In this document: positions 37,871 through 52,181 of the stretch, piece by piece
Position numbering within the stretch: the stretch's first letter is position 1
Layout: the number at the start of each line of letters is the position of its first letter
Assembly: GCA_043228905.1 (NCBI GenBank)
Contig: JBHGNT010000009.1
Span: 19,282,001 to 19,346,000 of the forward strand
From: Azolla caroliniana
Lineage: Eukaryota > Plantae > Polypodiophyta
Direction of reading: 5' to 3'
DNA length: 64,000 bases
Program-made: the position numbers and the translations under genes
Notes under the pieces: model-generated
Database searches by the model: none
Told to the model about the DNA's origin: nothing
Seen by the model: only the letters and a program-made list of their open reading frames with translations

Positions 37871-40320
37871 GTTAGATAGCCATGTTCTTAGAAATTTGAG
37901 TTAATTTGCTAAGTTCACTTTCCTGTACTGGGTTTAACAAAGGCAAAGATGTTAAAGAAGGTGATCGCAATAGTTTTTCCGACACGATTTAACATGAATT
38001 CGTTCCATTTATCTAGAAGGAACATGTATATTCAAGGATATTGGATACCACATCTTAATGTTTAAAACCTGGCATTTGTATTGTTTTATTGTTGGTTTTA
38101 TTTAAATTAGATTTGAAACTAAACCAAAGTTTCCTGAGTAGTTGTGACCATCAACTTTAAAGAAGGCAAACCTTCAATATTCTGACGATCAATTTTTAAC
38201 AAAGTCAAACCCTTAGTATTTATCTGGGGCTATGCTCCACTGCGTTATTCTATGCATCTAGAAGGAACTATCTATATTCAAGATGTCCTGTAATACATTA
38301 ACTAGAGGAAACATGGAGGTGGGAGGAAAAGGTGCTTGATGAGTTAAAAAGGGAGACATGGAAACTTCAGGTAACAGGGTAATAGAGTCTGATGAACCAG
38401 GACGTGCCAATTCTTCTCAGCTGCCCATCTCTTCTGTATGGATGCCTAACTTTGCTTCGAAATCCAGAATAATACAAATTACACAAACTCAAGGGTCTCT
38501 GATTTTGTACAATTCTGTGCTTTTATTTCATTGTTTTTCTCTTCCAGATAATTGGCGACATAGTGTCCATACTTAGTCCAATTGTTTGCCTTGGGATTCA
38601 GATTCTACTTTGCTGCCTTCAAATCTAATTGCAGTTCCTTGCAACAAAGCAATCTATGATCTATCCCATCAGGTCCTAATATGACACGTAGCACCTATCA
38701 GATGGCATGAATTGGCCTTATGTTCTGCCTCATAAGACAGTTGACGCTCCATTTCCTTTTAAGAGATGGAACTGACATGCAGATCCTCTAGGTACAACAT
38801 TTAAGAATTGTGTTTTAAGCACAGTCTCATACTTCCCAGTTGTTGCAATAAAGTTGTATCCACAAATTCATAATTTCTATGGAAAAGTTGTCAAATCATG
38901 TTCACACAACCATATAACCAGCCTATGAAACTTCTAGAGGGCAGTAAAATACCAATGGATCCATAAATATGGCAAAGATTTCACCAACGGAGTATCTATA
39001 TAAATAAAGAAACACCTCCCTGAGATATTTGTTGCACTCAGAAGACTTAATTTCACATATAGGAAGCCATATTGCTCCTGAACAAGGCCCTATAGACTAA
39101 CGCCTCTTTTGGTATTGCGTTATTGATAATCAAGATAACAGGACAAGAATAAGGTAGGGCCCAAACACTAAACATGTAGCCTGCACTTTAAGGTGCTAAA
39201 ACCTGTAGATTTTCCAAGGTACTCTCTCCATTGGATATAGTAGATTTTTTTTTTGGTCAATGAGATCCGCAGATCTCAGCACTCTACAAAGACTCTCCAT
39301 TTTAGTTCATCACAAAAGGTTTATTTGAATAAGGTAAATCTTACTTATGCTGTTAGGTCACACCTCTTCAACAAAATATATTAACCTGCTTGCCTATGTC
39401 TTTTAAGTGACTTTATGTAGGGCCCCATCTAAAGCAACTTTTTAAGCTATAACTTTACTGTAGGACCTGAACACCTCCACACATCTGAATCCCATTCTAA
39501 CTGAACAGATCACATGTCAGTCCTGCGCTTACGAGTCTTGGCATCTCCTATCTGGGGCCCATTTGTTCCATACTAGAAATGTAATCTTCCCTCTCAATTC
39601 CAAGACTTTGCGGGGAGCACATAAGATGATAAATATAGATAAGTAAAAATGAAACAATTCTAAGTAACACATCCTGGTAACACAAAAAATAATCCTTACA
39701 ATATTTATCACTACAAAATGATCCAAGTAACATTCATGGGGTGTCCACCACATTTCACCTCTCTCAGATATGTCTTTATTTTGTATGTTGTCCTCGGTCT
39801 CCTTGTTACTTGTACCCATGGATTTTATATCATGGTACCTCGATTACAGCTCAGTCACAGAGGGAAATGACCCAATTTAGGTACAATTTAAGTTTGCATT
39901 ATTTTACAACACATAAGATTCACAAGGATGCAAGTTTTGGTCTCATAGAACATTTTAACCTTAGGAAGATGTTAATATAACATTTCATTTCATCTCTCTT
40001 TTGTTACTCACGTTGATGAGTTAACATGAACAGCTGTAAAGGAAGAAAGGGCAGTGAATGGACATAAATAGAGGAAATAGAAAACAAAGAAATTGAATCG
40101 AAAGGAAAGTCAGAATATGAACGAGAGATAGGTGACCATGTGAATATTGGAGCTTATTATGTACCAAGTACCAGGATAGATTGTCTGACTGCATATAGTT
40201 TGTCATACTTTTGAAATTACCAACAAAAAGAAGTAACTTGCAACCGTTAATTTTTCATATTTATGGTTTGAACATTTACCTAATTATTCGGTATGAATGT
40301 GCTGGTTAATTTTATTGTAG

Positions 40321-40518
40321 GTTATTGGATCTCTCTATACACATCATCAAAAGGTTGTGATTGTGGATGCGGCAGCCCCTGGAAACACTCGACAATTGGT
40401 TGCATTCATAGGAGGACTTGACCTTTGTGATGGTCGCTATGATACACCCAACCATACTCTTTTTAAAAACTTAAACACTACATTTGCTGATGATTATCAC
40501 AACCCCACATTTCTAACA
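40321..40518 (+). CDS. PLDdelta: Phospholipase D delta-like, exon 3 (first HKD motif)
   Basis: tag|VIGSLYTHHQKVVIVD...FIGGLDLCDGRYDTP...HNPTFLT|gtaagt. Confidence 0.95.
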
Positions 40519-40617
40519 GTAAGTGGAGAAAAGCATAATGTGCTTTCACTATATGGAGTGGTTTCTGTACAATTTGTATATCGAGTCTTATAATATTTCT
40601 TATATTTATTCATGTAG

Positions 40618-40887
40618 ACAGTTGAAAGTGGAGGGCCGCGGCAACCTTGGCATGATTTGCACTGCAAGATTGAAGGGCCTGCTGCATATGATGTTCTAAC
40701 AAACTTTGAACAGCGTTGGCGGAAAGCTGCAAAATGGCATGGTTTTAGGCTCATGTTTTCGAAGGGTGTTCAGTGGTATAATAATGTCTTTGTTGATCTT
40801 AAACAAGTACCATGGATAATTAGCCCTTCCAAAGGCCAAGATTGTAATGTGACAAAAGATGATGATCCCGAAAGTTGGCATGTGCAG
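40618..40887 (+). CDS. PLDdelta: Phospholipase D delta-like, exon 4
   Basis: tag|TVESGGPRQPWHDLHCKIEGPAAYDVLTNFEQRW...SWHVQ|gtat. Confidence 0.93.
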
Positions 40888-41850
40888 GTATATCATTTCC
40901 TTTAGTTAATTGGCGATTTAGTTTTAAGCTAGTCAATATTTAGTTGTCATCTTGATGTGTTTTTTTATTACTTTTTTGACATTTTTAGTAATCTCTTTTA
41001 TTTTTATTGTATTTAATTTACTTGTTCCTTGAAATTCTTGAAGTTAGGCAAGATGATGTTGCATGAACGATGTGAAATGGTCAAGGTCCAATGGTCTATA
41101 GGCCTTAGGATTGTCCTGTGATTGGTCCAGTTAATATTGGATTTTAAAGTGTGTGGAGGTGTATGCATCAAATTGTGCCCTATAAAGCCACTTTATGTGA
41201 GGCCCTTTGTAGCAAACCGATATGTGATCCCTGAGAGGTCTAAGACATTTTATTACCATCAAATTGTAAATCTGTGCCCTGTTAAATCATTTTAAGGGGC
41301 CCCCTACCGACATTCATGTTAATATTATAAGCGAGTGGATAAGTGACAAATGAGAGGGCAAAGACATTTGTTTTGAAGAGGTGACACCTGACCGCTTGGG
41401 AAAGATGTACCTCATTTTTTTTACGGAAACTTGAAATTTAGTTTTAGAAAAATCTGTGAGATCTATAAATGATTTCCTTTTCTTGCTAGTATGCTCAGTA
41501 GAGATTACTTTGGAAGCTCTGTGCTTGGTGGGTACTGTTTCTAGCGTTTGGGGTCTATTTTATTCTATTATCTTCTATTAACTGTAAAATAAGAAACATA
41601 AAAAATATCTCCTTGCTGTACCCAGACACAGTATCCTCCTTGGCCAGGGATGACATTTGGTGACTCAGGGATGCCCATAACTTGCAGATTTACATCTCAG
41701 ATGATCCTCCCTTCTTCAATTGTAGTCTGCACAAGTGAAATTCCTTGTACTTGTTTCTTAGCTACCACCACCTATCCAGATTCTTATGCTTCAATTTTTA
41801 TTTTTACTTCTTTGACTACTTCAGCCCAACCATTCTTAAAAGGCGTTAAA

Positions 41851-44800
41851 TAGAAATATAATTAAGACTTGACTAAAGAATCTCATCATCTATACATGTA
41901 TTTTTGTCTTTGAAAGATTTATAGCGTAGATCGATCCAGAATGAGAGGTCTCTGAAGCGAAGGGAGCACTACAATGGCGAGAGATAATGCCCTTTATTTG
42001 TTGATGACAAGGGTAGTGATATCATGGTCCCCGAGGCCAAGGCCGATGTGCACAGCAAAGTGCTATTCCTGATCTATTGTAACCCCTTTGCGATGTCCTG
42101 GTTGGGAGGCCATTTGTGTAGCCCTCGATTTACTTGTAGCGTGAGTAGGAATGGTGGGGCTAAAGAAAGCGGTAATTGTTCTTTGTTAATGAGCTTTTGA
42201 GGCCCACTCCAAGGAACCTTTTGTACCTAGGTCCCATGGGTCAATATTGGCCTCTCTATGAACGCTAAAAAGATCTATCTATGTATCTATCTATCATGGG
42301 GCATTGATGCTTTTCTCCTTATCATACAGGCAATCATTAGACTAAAGGTCTCTCTAAATTTTTCCAGCTACTTGCCAAGTGTAACAATAACCAGTTTGTG
42401 GTTCTTGGAACTGCAAATATGCGCGTTGTCTTTCAAGAGCATCAAGGGCTGCATATCCATGAGAGAGTCGAGCACAAGCAACCTTCCATAAGGAGTACTG
42501 AGGCCCTTTGAATGTTACTCCTAGGTACGTGTAGGATTGTGTGTATGGCACCTTTTCCTCTCCCAAAAAGAACTGTGGTTCTGATCTTGTTACCCACACT
42601 TGTGTGGTGCTAAACACCGTCACTTCAGTTTTATCTATGTTTACCGACAAATCTTTGTTCATACAAAATACTTTTAACGCATTTAGGTGTCTTTGTAGTC
42701 CTTCCAGAGTGTTAGAGATCAGCACAATATCATCAGCATATAGCCATATTTGTGTGGTTATACTTGCTAGACATGCTTTTGAACCGCTGAATCTCTCTTT
42801 GTAAATGTGACACCTCATCTATATAGAGACCGAAGAGAGAGAGTGGTAGTGGGCATCCATTTTTTACTCCAATTGTGCTAGCCACAGTCTCCGACAACTT
42901 ATTGGGAGATCACACCTTCCCTGACATGGATTCATACAATGCTTACTCCCCGTAGCATATCTATAGATACTTTGAGGGCTTCTAGCCGTCCCATGAGCCT
43001 AGCACCTGGTACAGTGTCGAAGGCTTTTTAGAATCCGCAAAGCAGCAATAAATCCTCTTATTATGGGATGCCCTCAGTAAGGGCTCGGAGGGTCAGTATG
43101 TTATCCAAAGTTGCAAGCCCCTTCCGGAAGCCTGCCTGTCCAGCTGAACAGCAGCCATTTCTCTCTCCCCATATGCTCAATACTGACTTTAGGATTGAGC
43201 CATATAGTTTGGTCAAGTAATGGAGAATCATGATTTGTCCTATAATTGCTTGGCATCATGGGGTCTCCCCTCTTGAAAATTGGGAATGGTATGTTCTGTC
43301 GAGCTAGTAGGGAACCGTCACACATAGCTCTATTAAAGATGTTTGCGAGCAATAGGAGCAAGATGTGTTACGGGCATAGATAAAATGCTCACCTACCAAT
43401 CCATCATGATCTTGGGCCTTCCCAACTTATGGCATATTTTATACGTTTTGTGAGTGAAAAAGCTGGATTGACATGGGTGTGAAAAATGTGGGCGGGGGAG
43501 TGCGAGCTGCCCGGGGATATCGTAGTGTACCTTTGCATATTCATGCCGCACCTGGGTGAGGTCAGTTGTGTCCTAGGTTGCTTCTCATTAAACATTTTAC
43601 ATGCTCATTTACTCTCTTGTCCAACAAGCTATACACATGATCTTCAAATTTAGCTAAATATGATCTCTTCTTCTTCCTCACGGGGTGTTGGAAGGTTGCG
43701 CTTGTTTGTTTCTGTATAATTCCCCAAAGCTACTTACATTGCTAGCATCTCCTTCTATCATGACATTCCTCATCATACTAACTATTTTATATGACTTGAC
43801 CAGATTTGGATTCAATGCTTTCTGCCCAATGTTGCATATACCAAACTCTCATAAATTCCATATATTGGATACCTCTCAATTGAGTTTTGAATGTGTTCAA
43901 CTCCACCGTGTCATTCCTATTACCACACCTTCTCATGCAACATCATGTGATCACCTTATTAAGAACTTGTCAATTGTAAACTAGCTTTCAAGGGTGGGAT
44001 GTTGCAATGCCTAGCTAAAGAGGATCAAGCATGCAAAGCACACTATTTCATACCCAAATGTGATGCATATATTGATGCATGGGTACATTTCTCCATGATC
44101 ATCAGACAATACAGCACTCTCCATGAACATCATACCATAAAAGCTATAATCAACGCAAATGCTATGATTTTTAGACTCATTAACGAATATGCAACATCAC
44201 CCTATTAGAATTGTAGATTTTGATATTGTAGTCTCATAAGCTTTCGTCTAGGGGGGTGAAAGGATCCAATCCTAGCATGCCGCTATATTCTCCACAACTA
44301 TACACATCAACTGTTCTAGGTTTATCGGAGATAGTGAACTGTTATTTCGGATATAAGAGATGGAGATCCCATCAGTTAATCGACTGTGCTTGCACCTCCT
44401 TTTGGGTTCCAACATGTTACATATGCAATTGTGATAAACCATTATATATCACAAATATGTGCGCACTTCTCAATTCTAGAAAGTGTTTGCCATAGTCTGT
44501 TGCTTCACTCATATCTTGTTGCTTAAGACTAACTTCTTGTACCATAACTTCTCCATACATAGTTGTTTGTCCATCCTTAGTTCAGACATTAAAGTATCCT
44601 AACAATATTATATCCCCTATAGCACAAAATCATGTGCCTTTCTTCTCTGTAATAATGAGCTTCCCATCTCTATATACAGCCCATTCTCCTTCTTTTCTTG
44701 CATCAAGCATTCGTGGCATGTTTTCTTTGCGATATGCTACTTCAGATGGAGGGAGTTCATGATCTAAATATATTTTGTTACCCTTGAATGCCCTTCTCTT

Positions 44801-45200
44801 GGATAGGTAAAAGTTTTTTCTTTTTTTATATCCATGAAATGGTTAGCACACGTCTCTTCTCACTGTCCATGGTGAAGCAAATGGAATATCTGATGTCACA
44901 GTCTTTATTCCGAGATTCTGATTATCTTCTTGTGGGCTTCCACAAGGTTGGGGCCTACATGCATTAAAAATTGCTACTGCCTGATCTATACTCCTTCGCA
45001 ATGTCCTGGCCAGGAGCCCACTTCTGTAGTCCTTGTATGACTTGTAGCATGATTAGGATTGATGGGGCTAAAGGAAATTGTGATTGCTCTTTGTTGACGT
45101 GCTTGTGTGGTTATATTGTTGTCGAACTTTTCCTTGTGTCTCTTGTGTTTCTGGAAGAACAGTCCCAAGCATTGTTGATCCTCATATTCCATTACTTTAC
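41851..45200 (-). mobile_element. Degenerate near-full-length LINE (RTEX/L2-like) plus an extra 3' fragment, in PLD intron 4
   Basis: On the minus strand: ORF1-like KRRAFKGNKIYLDHEL...ARKEGEWAVYRDGKLII (about 44650-44810), APE endonuclease remnants GDIILLG.FN and GASTVD, RT PIFKRGD...SNYR and LYADDIVL...YTYLGV. The 3' region matches the LINE tails at 45955 and 50.6-51.9 kb. Confidence 0.85.
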
Positions 45201-45407
45201 ATAGTGGGCCAAATCCTTGGTTACAGACGGATAAATTTTATTGTCATCTTCAGAGGTCAAATAGTGGGCCAAAGCCTTGGTTTGAGATATAGATAGATTT
45301 TTATTGTTGTCTTCCGAGGTCAAAGATGACCTATGAGACAAAAAATATAGAATTTTCATGCAATACATGTGAAAGTGAGTGACAGAAAGAGAGATTTATC
45401 AATGCAG

Positions 45408-45476
45408 ATATTCAGGTCAATTGATTCTGGATCTGCAAAGGGCTTTCCAAAACACATAAAAGATATAGCTGAACAG
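45408..45476 (+). CDS. PLDdelta: Phospholipase D delta-like, exon 5
   Basis: cag|IFRSIDSGSAKGFPKHIKDIAEQ|gtgag. Confidence 0.93.
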
Positions 45477-45564
45477 GTGAGCTTGTTGTTACGTTTTCTC
45501 TTCCTAGATCTTTTGCTTCTCTTTTTGGTGTTTTGAATTAATTCGATGATATTTTGGCACATAG

Positions 45565-45712
45565 AATCTAGTCAGTGGCAAGAACATTGCAATAGACATG
45601 AGCATCCACACTGCTTATATAAGCGCAATTCGTTCAGCTCAGCACTTCGTATACATTGAGAATCAGTATTTTCTTGGTTCATCTTTTGCATGGCGAACTA
45701 GTCAGGAAGCAG
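45565..45712 (+). CDS. PLDdelta: Phospholipase D delta-like, exon 6
   Basis: tag|[40 protein letters not shown]...|gtac, phase 1. Confidence 0.94.
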
Positions 45713-45954
45713 GTACTTCTTTTTGGTTAAAATTTACCTAACCACATGGCTCTATGATTCGGAAGATCAAATGATAAAATACTAAGAGACAAAGTTTTGT
45801 TTTTTCGTTAAACATTTTATTAAAGAAATGATTAATGGCATGAGGATTTCATGGTTTTGAGTTAAATGTCTTAAACCACTAGGCTAACTAAATAACTGGG
45901 GACTCTATATTGGAGGGTGGCAGCTCCAGACCTCCACTCTCTTTCATCTTTATT

Positions 45955-46226
45955 CCTTCGCTTCGGAGACCTCTCCATTCTGGATTGACCTATGCTAGAG
46001 ATCTTTCGAAGACAAAAGTTACAATATATCTAACTTCAGAATCTCACATGTGCCGAAAACCAGATTCCTTCATCTGTTTTTATCTTATCTACTTTTATAT
46101 TTACTAAGTAATACTTATTCTATTTTGCTTTGTTCTCAAAGACGAGACAACACTTAAGATGTAATCTCTTGTTTGGTCTTATAGGCCATTTTGGCCTCTT
46201 AAAAGACATTAATATATCTTTCTTTC
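45955..46226 (+). mobile_element. 5'-truncated LINE 3' end inserted in the 5' LTR of copia 2
   Basis: Absent from the 3' LTR; matches 50605-50890 and 51655-51930; ends atatatctttctttct. Confidence 0.88.
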
Positions 46227-49200
46227 TATATTCTCATCTTCCTAGATTCGTCTCTCTAGAATCTGCAACTCTTTAAATGCCTTCTCTCTCTTCCACTTTT
46301 CCACAATATTCCCTCTTATTCCTCATTTATTATACTTGTTTGGTAGTACAAGAGGTACTTAACTACCAAACAACTATTTTGCCCACGTTCCCCAATTTTG
46401 TATAAATATGCTATACCAGCCTCTTTTGTAAGAACTTTATTTTTGCTGCTACTTGCAAATAGGCTCTACTCTTTGGCTGTGTCTCTACTCTTTGCAACTA
46501 TTTTGTTACTGCCTTTTCATGGCCTTCTCACAGCTTGGCTGTGTCTAATTTTTTGTAACAACTGTTCCATTGTTGCTATTAACAGCTTTTCTCAAATGGT
46601 ATCAGAACTCTAAGGTCTCCACAGCCTCAGCTTGAATTTTTTGCCAAAGAGCACACAAGCCTATCTTCTTTTATCATACTCTCCCACCCTTAAGAGGACT
46701 TTTTTTTTCTTTGTAGCCTCCCTCCCAACCCTAAAGAGGAGGTTTGCTTAGCAGCCACCCTCCCAACCTACAAAGAAGGTTCTTTTATTTATCTCATCTT
46801 AGCCTCACCTAACATCTATGGAGGATTAGAAAGGCCTTGAGCGTCTACTTACAACTGCCGTAAACAGTCCAGTTGTAGCTCAAGAGGAGGATATCCATGG
46901 CCTCACATGCCACCATTGTTTCATCAACCATTCCCCAACTCCCCAAAGAGTCCATCTTAGATGGGAACAGTTACTTGGATTGGGAACTACAGATAAAGAC
47001 CTTGGTACAATACCATCATCTATGGAATGTAGTCAATGATAGTGAGAAGAAACCACTGGCAACTTCATCTTCTTCAACCACATCAGTTGTTGGATCATCT
47101 AAAGCTTGGCTAGATAAGGATTCTCGTGCTCATGCTTTCCTCATGTTTAATATTAAACTGAGCATTGCTCGTCAATTTCAAGATACAAATGAAGAGACAA
47201 CCAAATAAAAAACAGGTATCATAGAGCTAATTGTGCTCAAATGATAGCTATTGACAATCAACTAGCAAATCTCAAGATTCATGATACTCCAAACATCATG
47301 GATCAAATCACACAATTTGTCACTCTCCTAAAGGAGCTAGTTTCCTTGGGAAGCAAGTAAACCGAAGTTGAGTTTGTGCATCATCTAATGATCAAGTTGC
47401 TTAAATCATTCTCAGCCTTAACAACTTCCCTTCTTCCCAACACACCTGATATGTAAACATTTCTTGGCATGCTTCAAGGTAGGGCCACAAGGAAAAAAAG
47501 TGCTCAAACTTCTAATGAGATGCTTCTCCATGCGAAGAATGAAGGCAAGTGAAAGCAAAATGGCAACTCCTACAACAAACCCAATCCAAGACCACCAGAC
47601 AACCCAGCCTACAAGGAGCTCACTTGTCATTATTGTGGCTGCAAAGGTCATATTCAGCCCGATTGTTGGAACAAGGAAAGGGACAATGCCAAGAAATCTT
47701 CTTCTACCGAAATTCAACCTACACCAAAATCAAACTCAGCCTACTCAGCCAAAGAAATAATTTTCCTTGGCATTGAAGAACATTCTTCACATTTGGTTGG
47801 ACCAACTACCTCAACCATTGATGAGTGGTTAGTAGACAATGGTGCTACTGCACACATTAGGGCAAATCCATTTTGCATGATGTCAAGCCTAGATCCTCTG
47901 AAATCTCCATAGGAGATGCCTCAGGCATTGAGACTTCATGTGTGGGTCATGTGTTTCTTAACACTTCTTCAAATGATGAACCTGTCGTTCTTCAAGATGT
48001 GCTACATGTGCCTCGCATCTCCTCCAACTTACTTTGGTCTAACAAATCACTAAGCAAGGTTATGGTATCTACTTTGTTAGCTTAGCTTTGGAAGTCATTG
48101 ACACCAATAGCCTACAAATTGTAGCTAGTGGCACACAAGAAGGGGGTTTCTACCACTTGAAAAGGTTCCACAGACCCTTAGAAAAATCTAAGTTTCATCT
48201 TCTTCATGTTCTTCAAGGCTCTCATGCCTTGGTAGCACAAGAAGATCCCACGTTGTGGCATGCTAGGTTTGGTCATCTCAAGTACGACTCTCTTCAAAAG
48301 CTCTCCTTAGCAGCTAGTTGAGGATTTTCCAATTTTCAAAACTCCCAATGCCCCATGTCTTGTTTTTCATCATGACAAGCACATCGAGAGCTTTTCCCTC
48401 ATCAAGCCACGCACAATGCAACATCTATCTTGGTCTTAGTGCACATGGATCTTTGTGGTCCATTGAAAACCACTACTCTTGGTGGTGCACGCTACTTCAT
48501 GCTTATCATTGATGATTTCGCACGTAAGGTTTGGGTTTATTTGGTTGCAGAAAAATCTCAAGCCTTCACCAAATTTCAAGAATGGGTAGCTCTTGTCAAG
48601 ATGAGACATCAAAGAAAGTTCGAATTCCATCAAGCTTATCACTGTTTTTGTTCTCAATGAGGCATTGCTAGCCAATTTTCCACACCCAATACTCCTCAAC
48701 AAAATGGTGTTCTAGAAAGGAAGAATCGTATAGTCCAAGAGATGGCTCATACAATACTCTCCCAATATGATCTTCCTCTCGTTTTGGGGTGAAGTTGTCA
48801 ACACAGCAGTCTACATCATCAACTGCTGCCCAATGCAAGCAGTTGCCGCAATGACCCTTGTAGAAGCATTTACAGGTGTAAGACCCTCAGTTTCTCAATT
48901 AAAAGTCTTTGGTTGTGATGATTGTGTTTACATTTCAGATCATAAAAGGACTAAATTTGAGTCCAAAACCAAGAATTGCAAGTTCTTGGTTACAACACAC
49001 AATCTAAAGCTTATAGGTTATGGGATCTAGAATCAAAGTTCCAAGTCATATCTAGGGATGTTCATTTTGTAGAGTCTAAGCTGGATGACTCTAGGAGTTC
49101 ACCTGAGTTCACGGTTGAAATCCCAGTTGCTCGGGAATCTCCTATTTCAGATGATGTCTCACTTTCAAGACTCCCATATCCTCCCACTCCTACTCAAACT

Positions 49201-49839
49201 GTTAACTCCACCAACAATTCAAACCTCCCTCAACTCCAATTGTTTCCCCTTCCTCTACACACCAGCTTCCACCAATTCCGAATTGGCTTCAAGCTACCAT
49301 TCGTGATTCCCATCTCTTCGTTGCTGAACTTCTTGAGTATACAGTGGGTTCTCCTACCAACACGAAAAGAACACAGGTCACAATGATGACCTCTTCACTC
49401 ATGCAACTTAACCTTACTCCGCACTATTGTGCAATCACAAGAACCCACTACAAGAGAGGCTCATGTTCTTCCAAAGTGTAAAGCGACAATAGAAGTTGAA
49501 CTTAATTCCATTGATTGGAATCACACATGGGAGTTGGTCCCTCAACCTCAACATAGGCAAGTCATTGGATTGAAATGGATTTTCAAGACCAAGTACCATA
49601 CTGATGGTACTTTGGATAAGCATAAGGCACGCTTAGTTGCAAAAGGCGACTCACAAGTGGAAGGAGAGGATTATGAGGACAACCTTCCTTGATGGTGACT
49701 TGAAAGAGGAAGTTTATGTAAAACAACCTTCAGGTTTTGAGATTTCAGAGTGGGAAAACATGGTCTACATATTACACAGCCTTGTATGGATTAAAGCAAG
49801 CTCCCAATGCTTGGCATAACAAAATTCATACATTCTTTC

Positions 49840-51930
49840 TCTCTTGTTTGGTCTTATAGGCCATTTTGGCCTCTTAAAAGATGTTAATATATCTTTCTTT
49901 AAGAACAAAGTGATCCGAACTGATATTATTAACTTGGAAAACAAGATAACATGGATCAGCCCCAAAATACCACTTGGTACACTATAAGACACACTTCTTA
50001 CATACATCGGAGGATGGATTCGTTATCAGGCCACCTTATATGGACATAATCTATCCTATGCACTGCGTAGTGTGATAGGCCAGCTGCGAACTTCATCACA
50101 TCAGCTACAGATTGCGGTAGGCAGATATACACGACTACGTCTAGAAGAGAGAATTTGCCAATTGTGTCATCAAGGAGTGGAATTTGAGGAACACTATGTT
50201 TGTCATTGTAGTGTCTTTTATGAAATCAGAGGGAGATACCATTGCCTCTTTAAACAAGGCTTTGACCCACTACGCAAGGTAATGGAATATGAGGACCAAC
50301 GATGCCTAGGACTTTTCTTGCAAGAGCTCAAGTGACATTGGGAAAAGTTGTTGAAGAATACAACCACACAAGCTCATCCACAAAGAACAATCACAACTTT
50401 CTTTAGCCCCATCACTCCTACTAATGCTACAAGTCCATCACGGGATACACAAATGGGCCCCAGACCAGGACATAACAAAGGGGTTACAATTGATCTGGCA
50501 ATAGCAATTTGTCGTGCACATAGGCCCCGGCCCCATAGACCACGACCTCGACACCCTTGTCATCGACAGATAAAAGCCATTATCTCCCGCCATCATAGGT
50601 GCTTCCCTCGCTTCGGAGACATTTCCATTTTGGATCGACCTATGCTAGAGATCTTTCGAAGACAAAAGCTACAATATACCTAACTTGAGAATCTCACATG
50701 TGCCAAAAACCAGATTCCCTTGTTTCTTCTCTTTTCATCTTATTTACTTTTATATTTACTGTGTAATATTTATTTTATTTTGATTTGTTCTTAAAGACGA
50801 GAAAACACTCAAGATGTAATCTCTTATTTGGTCTTATAGAACAATTTGGCCTCTTAAAAGACGTTAATATATCTTTCTTTCTTTCTTTCTTTCTCATTCC
50901 TTGTTGGTATGCTAAAATGCAGCAATGGTTCCAATATAGCTTGGACTCTCCCCATTTGAATATGACCAAAGTGGAAAAGAATAGAATGACCTGAATTGAT
51001 ATTATTAACATGGAAAACAACATAACATGGATCAACTCCAAAATATCACTTGGTACGAAGATGGCCCACTATAACCACACTTCTTACACATCGGAGGATG
51101 GATTCATCATCAAGCCACCTTATATGGACATACATCTATCCTATGCACTGCGTAGTGTGATAGGGCAGTTGCGAACTTCATCACATCAATTATAGATTGA
51201 GGTAGGCAGAATACCTCTAGAAGAAAGAATTTGCCAATTGTGTCATCAAGGAGTGGAATCCGAAGAACACTATGTTTGTCATTTTAGTGTCTTTTTTGAA
51301 ATCAAAGGGAGATACCATTGCCTCTTTAAACAAGGCTTTGGTCTGCTACGTAAGGTAATGGAGTATGAGGACCAATGGTGCCTAGAAATATTCTTGCTAG
51401 AACTCCAAGAGACATAGGGAAAAGTTCATCCACAAGGAACAATCACAACTTTCTTTGGCCCCATCACTCCTACTAATGCTACAAGTCAATCAAGGGATAC
51501 ACAAATGGACTCCCAACCAGGACATAACAAAGGGGTTACAATAGATCGGGCATTAGCAATTTGTCGTGCACGTAGGCCCCGGCCCCATGGGCGACGACCT
51601 CACCACCCTTGTCATCGATAGATAAAGGCCATTATCTCCCATCATCACAAGTACTTCCCTCATTTCGGAGACCTCTCCATTCAGGATTGACCTATGCTAG
51701 AGATCTTTCGAAAACAAAAGTTACAATATATCTAACTTGAGAATCTCACATGTGCCGAAAACTAGATTCCCTCATCTCGTTTTATCTTATTTACCTTTAT
51801 ATTTACTTAGTAATTTTTATTTTTATTTTTATTTGTTCTCAAAGACGAGACAACATTTACGATGTAATCTCTTGTTTGGTCTTATAGGCCATTTTGGCCT
51901 CTTAAAAGATATTAATATATCTTTCTTTCT
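49840..51930 (+). mobile_element. Three head-to-tail 5'-truncated LINE copies (about 60, 1000 and 1020 bp) inserted in the copia 2 RT
   Basis: Each ends ...ggcctcttaaaaga.rttaatatatctttcttt. The long copies encode LRTSSHQLQI..GR...EERICQLCHQGVE.EEHYVCH. The copia RT (KIHTFFLSLGF) is split, with ttctttctctcttg on both sides. Confidence 0.9.
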
Positions 51931-52181
51931 CTCTTGGGTTTCAGCACTGTTATGCTGAAAACAATCTCTATGTCTTTTCCCAAGATAATTTGTTATGCTT
52001 GATTATATTATATGTTGATGACCTAATTATAGGGTCCCTTGCTTCTAAAATCGACGAGCTCCGCACTAACCTCAAAACCACATTCAAAATGACTGATCTA
52101 GAACTTTTGCATTACATCTTAGATATGGGGGTTCATCAACCACATGGTGGTGTCTTCCTCAACCAACATAGGTATCTCAAG

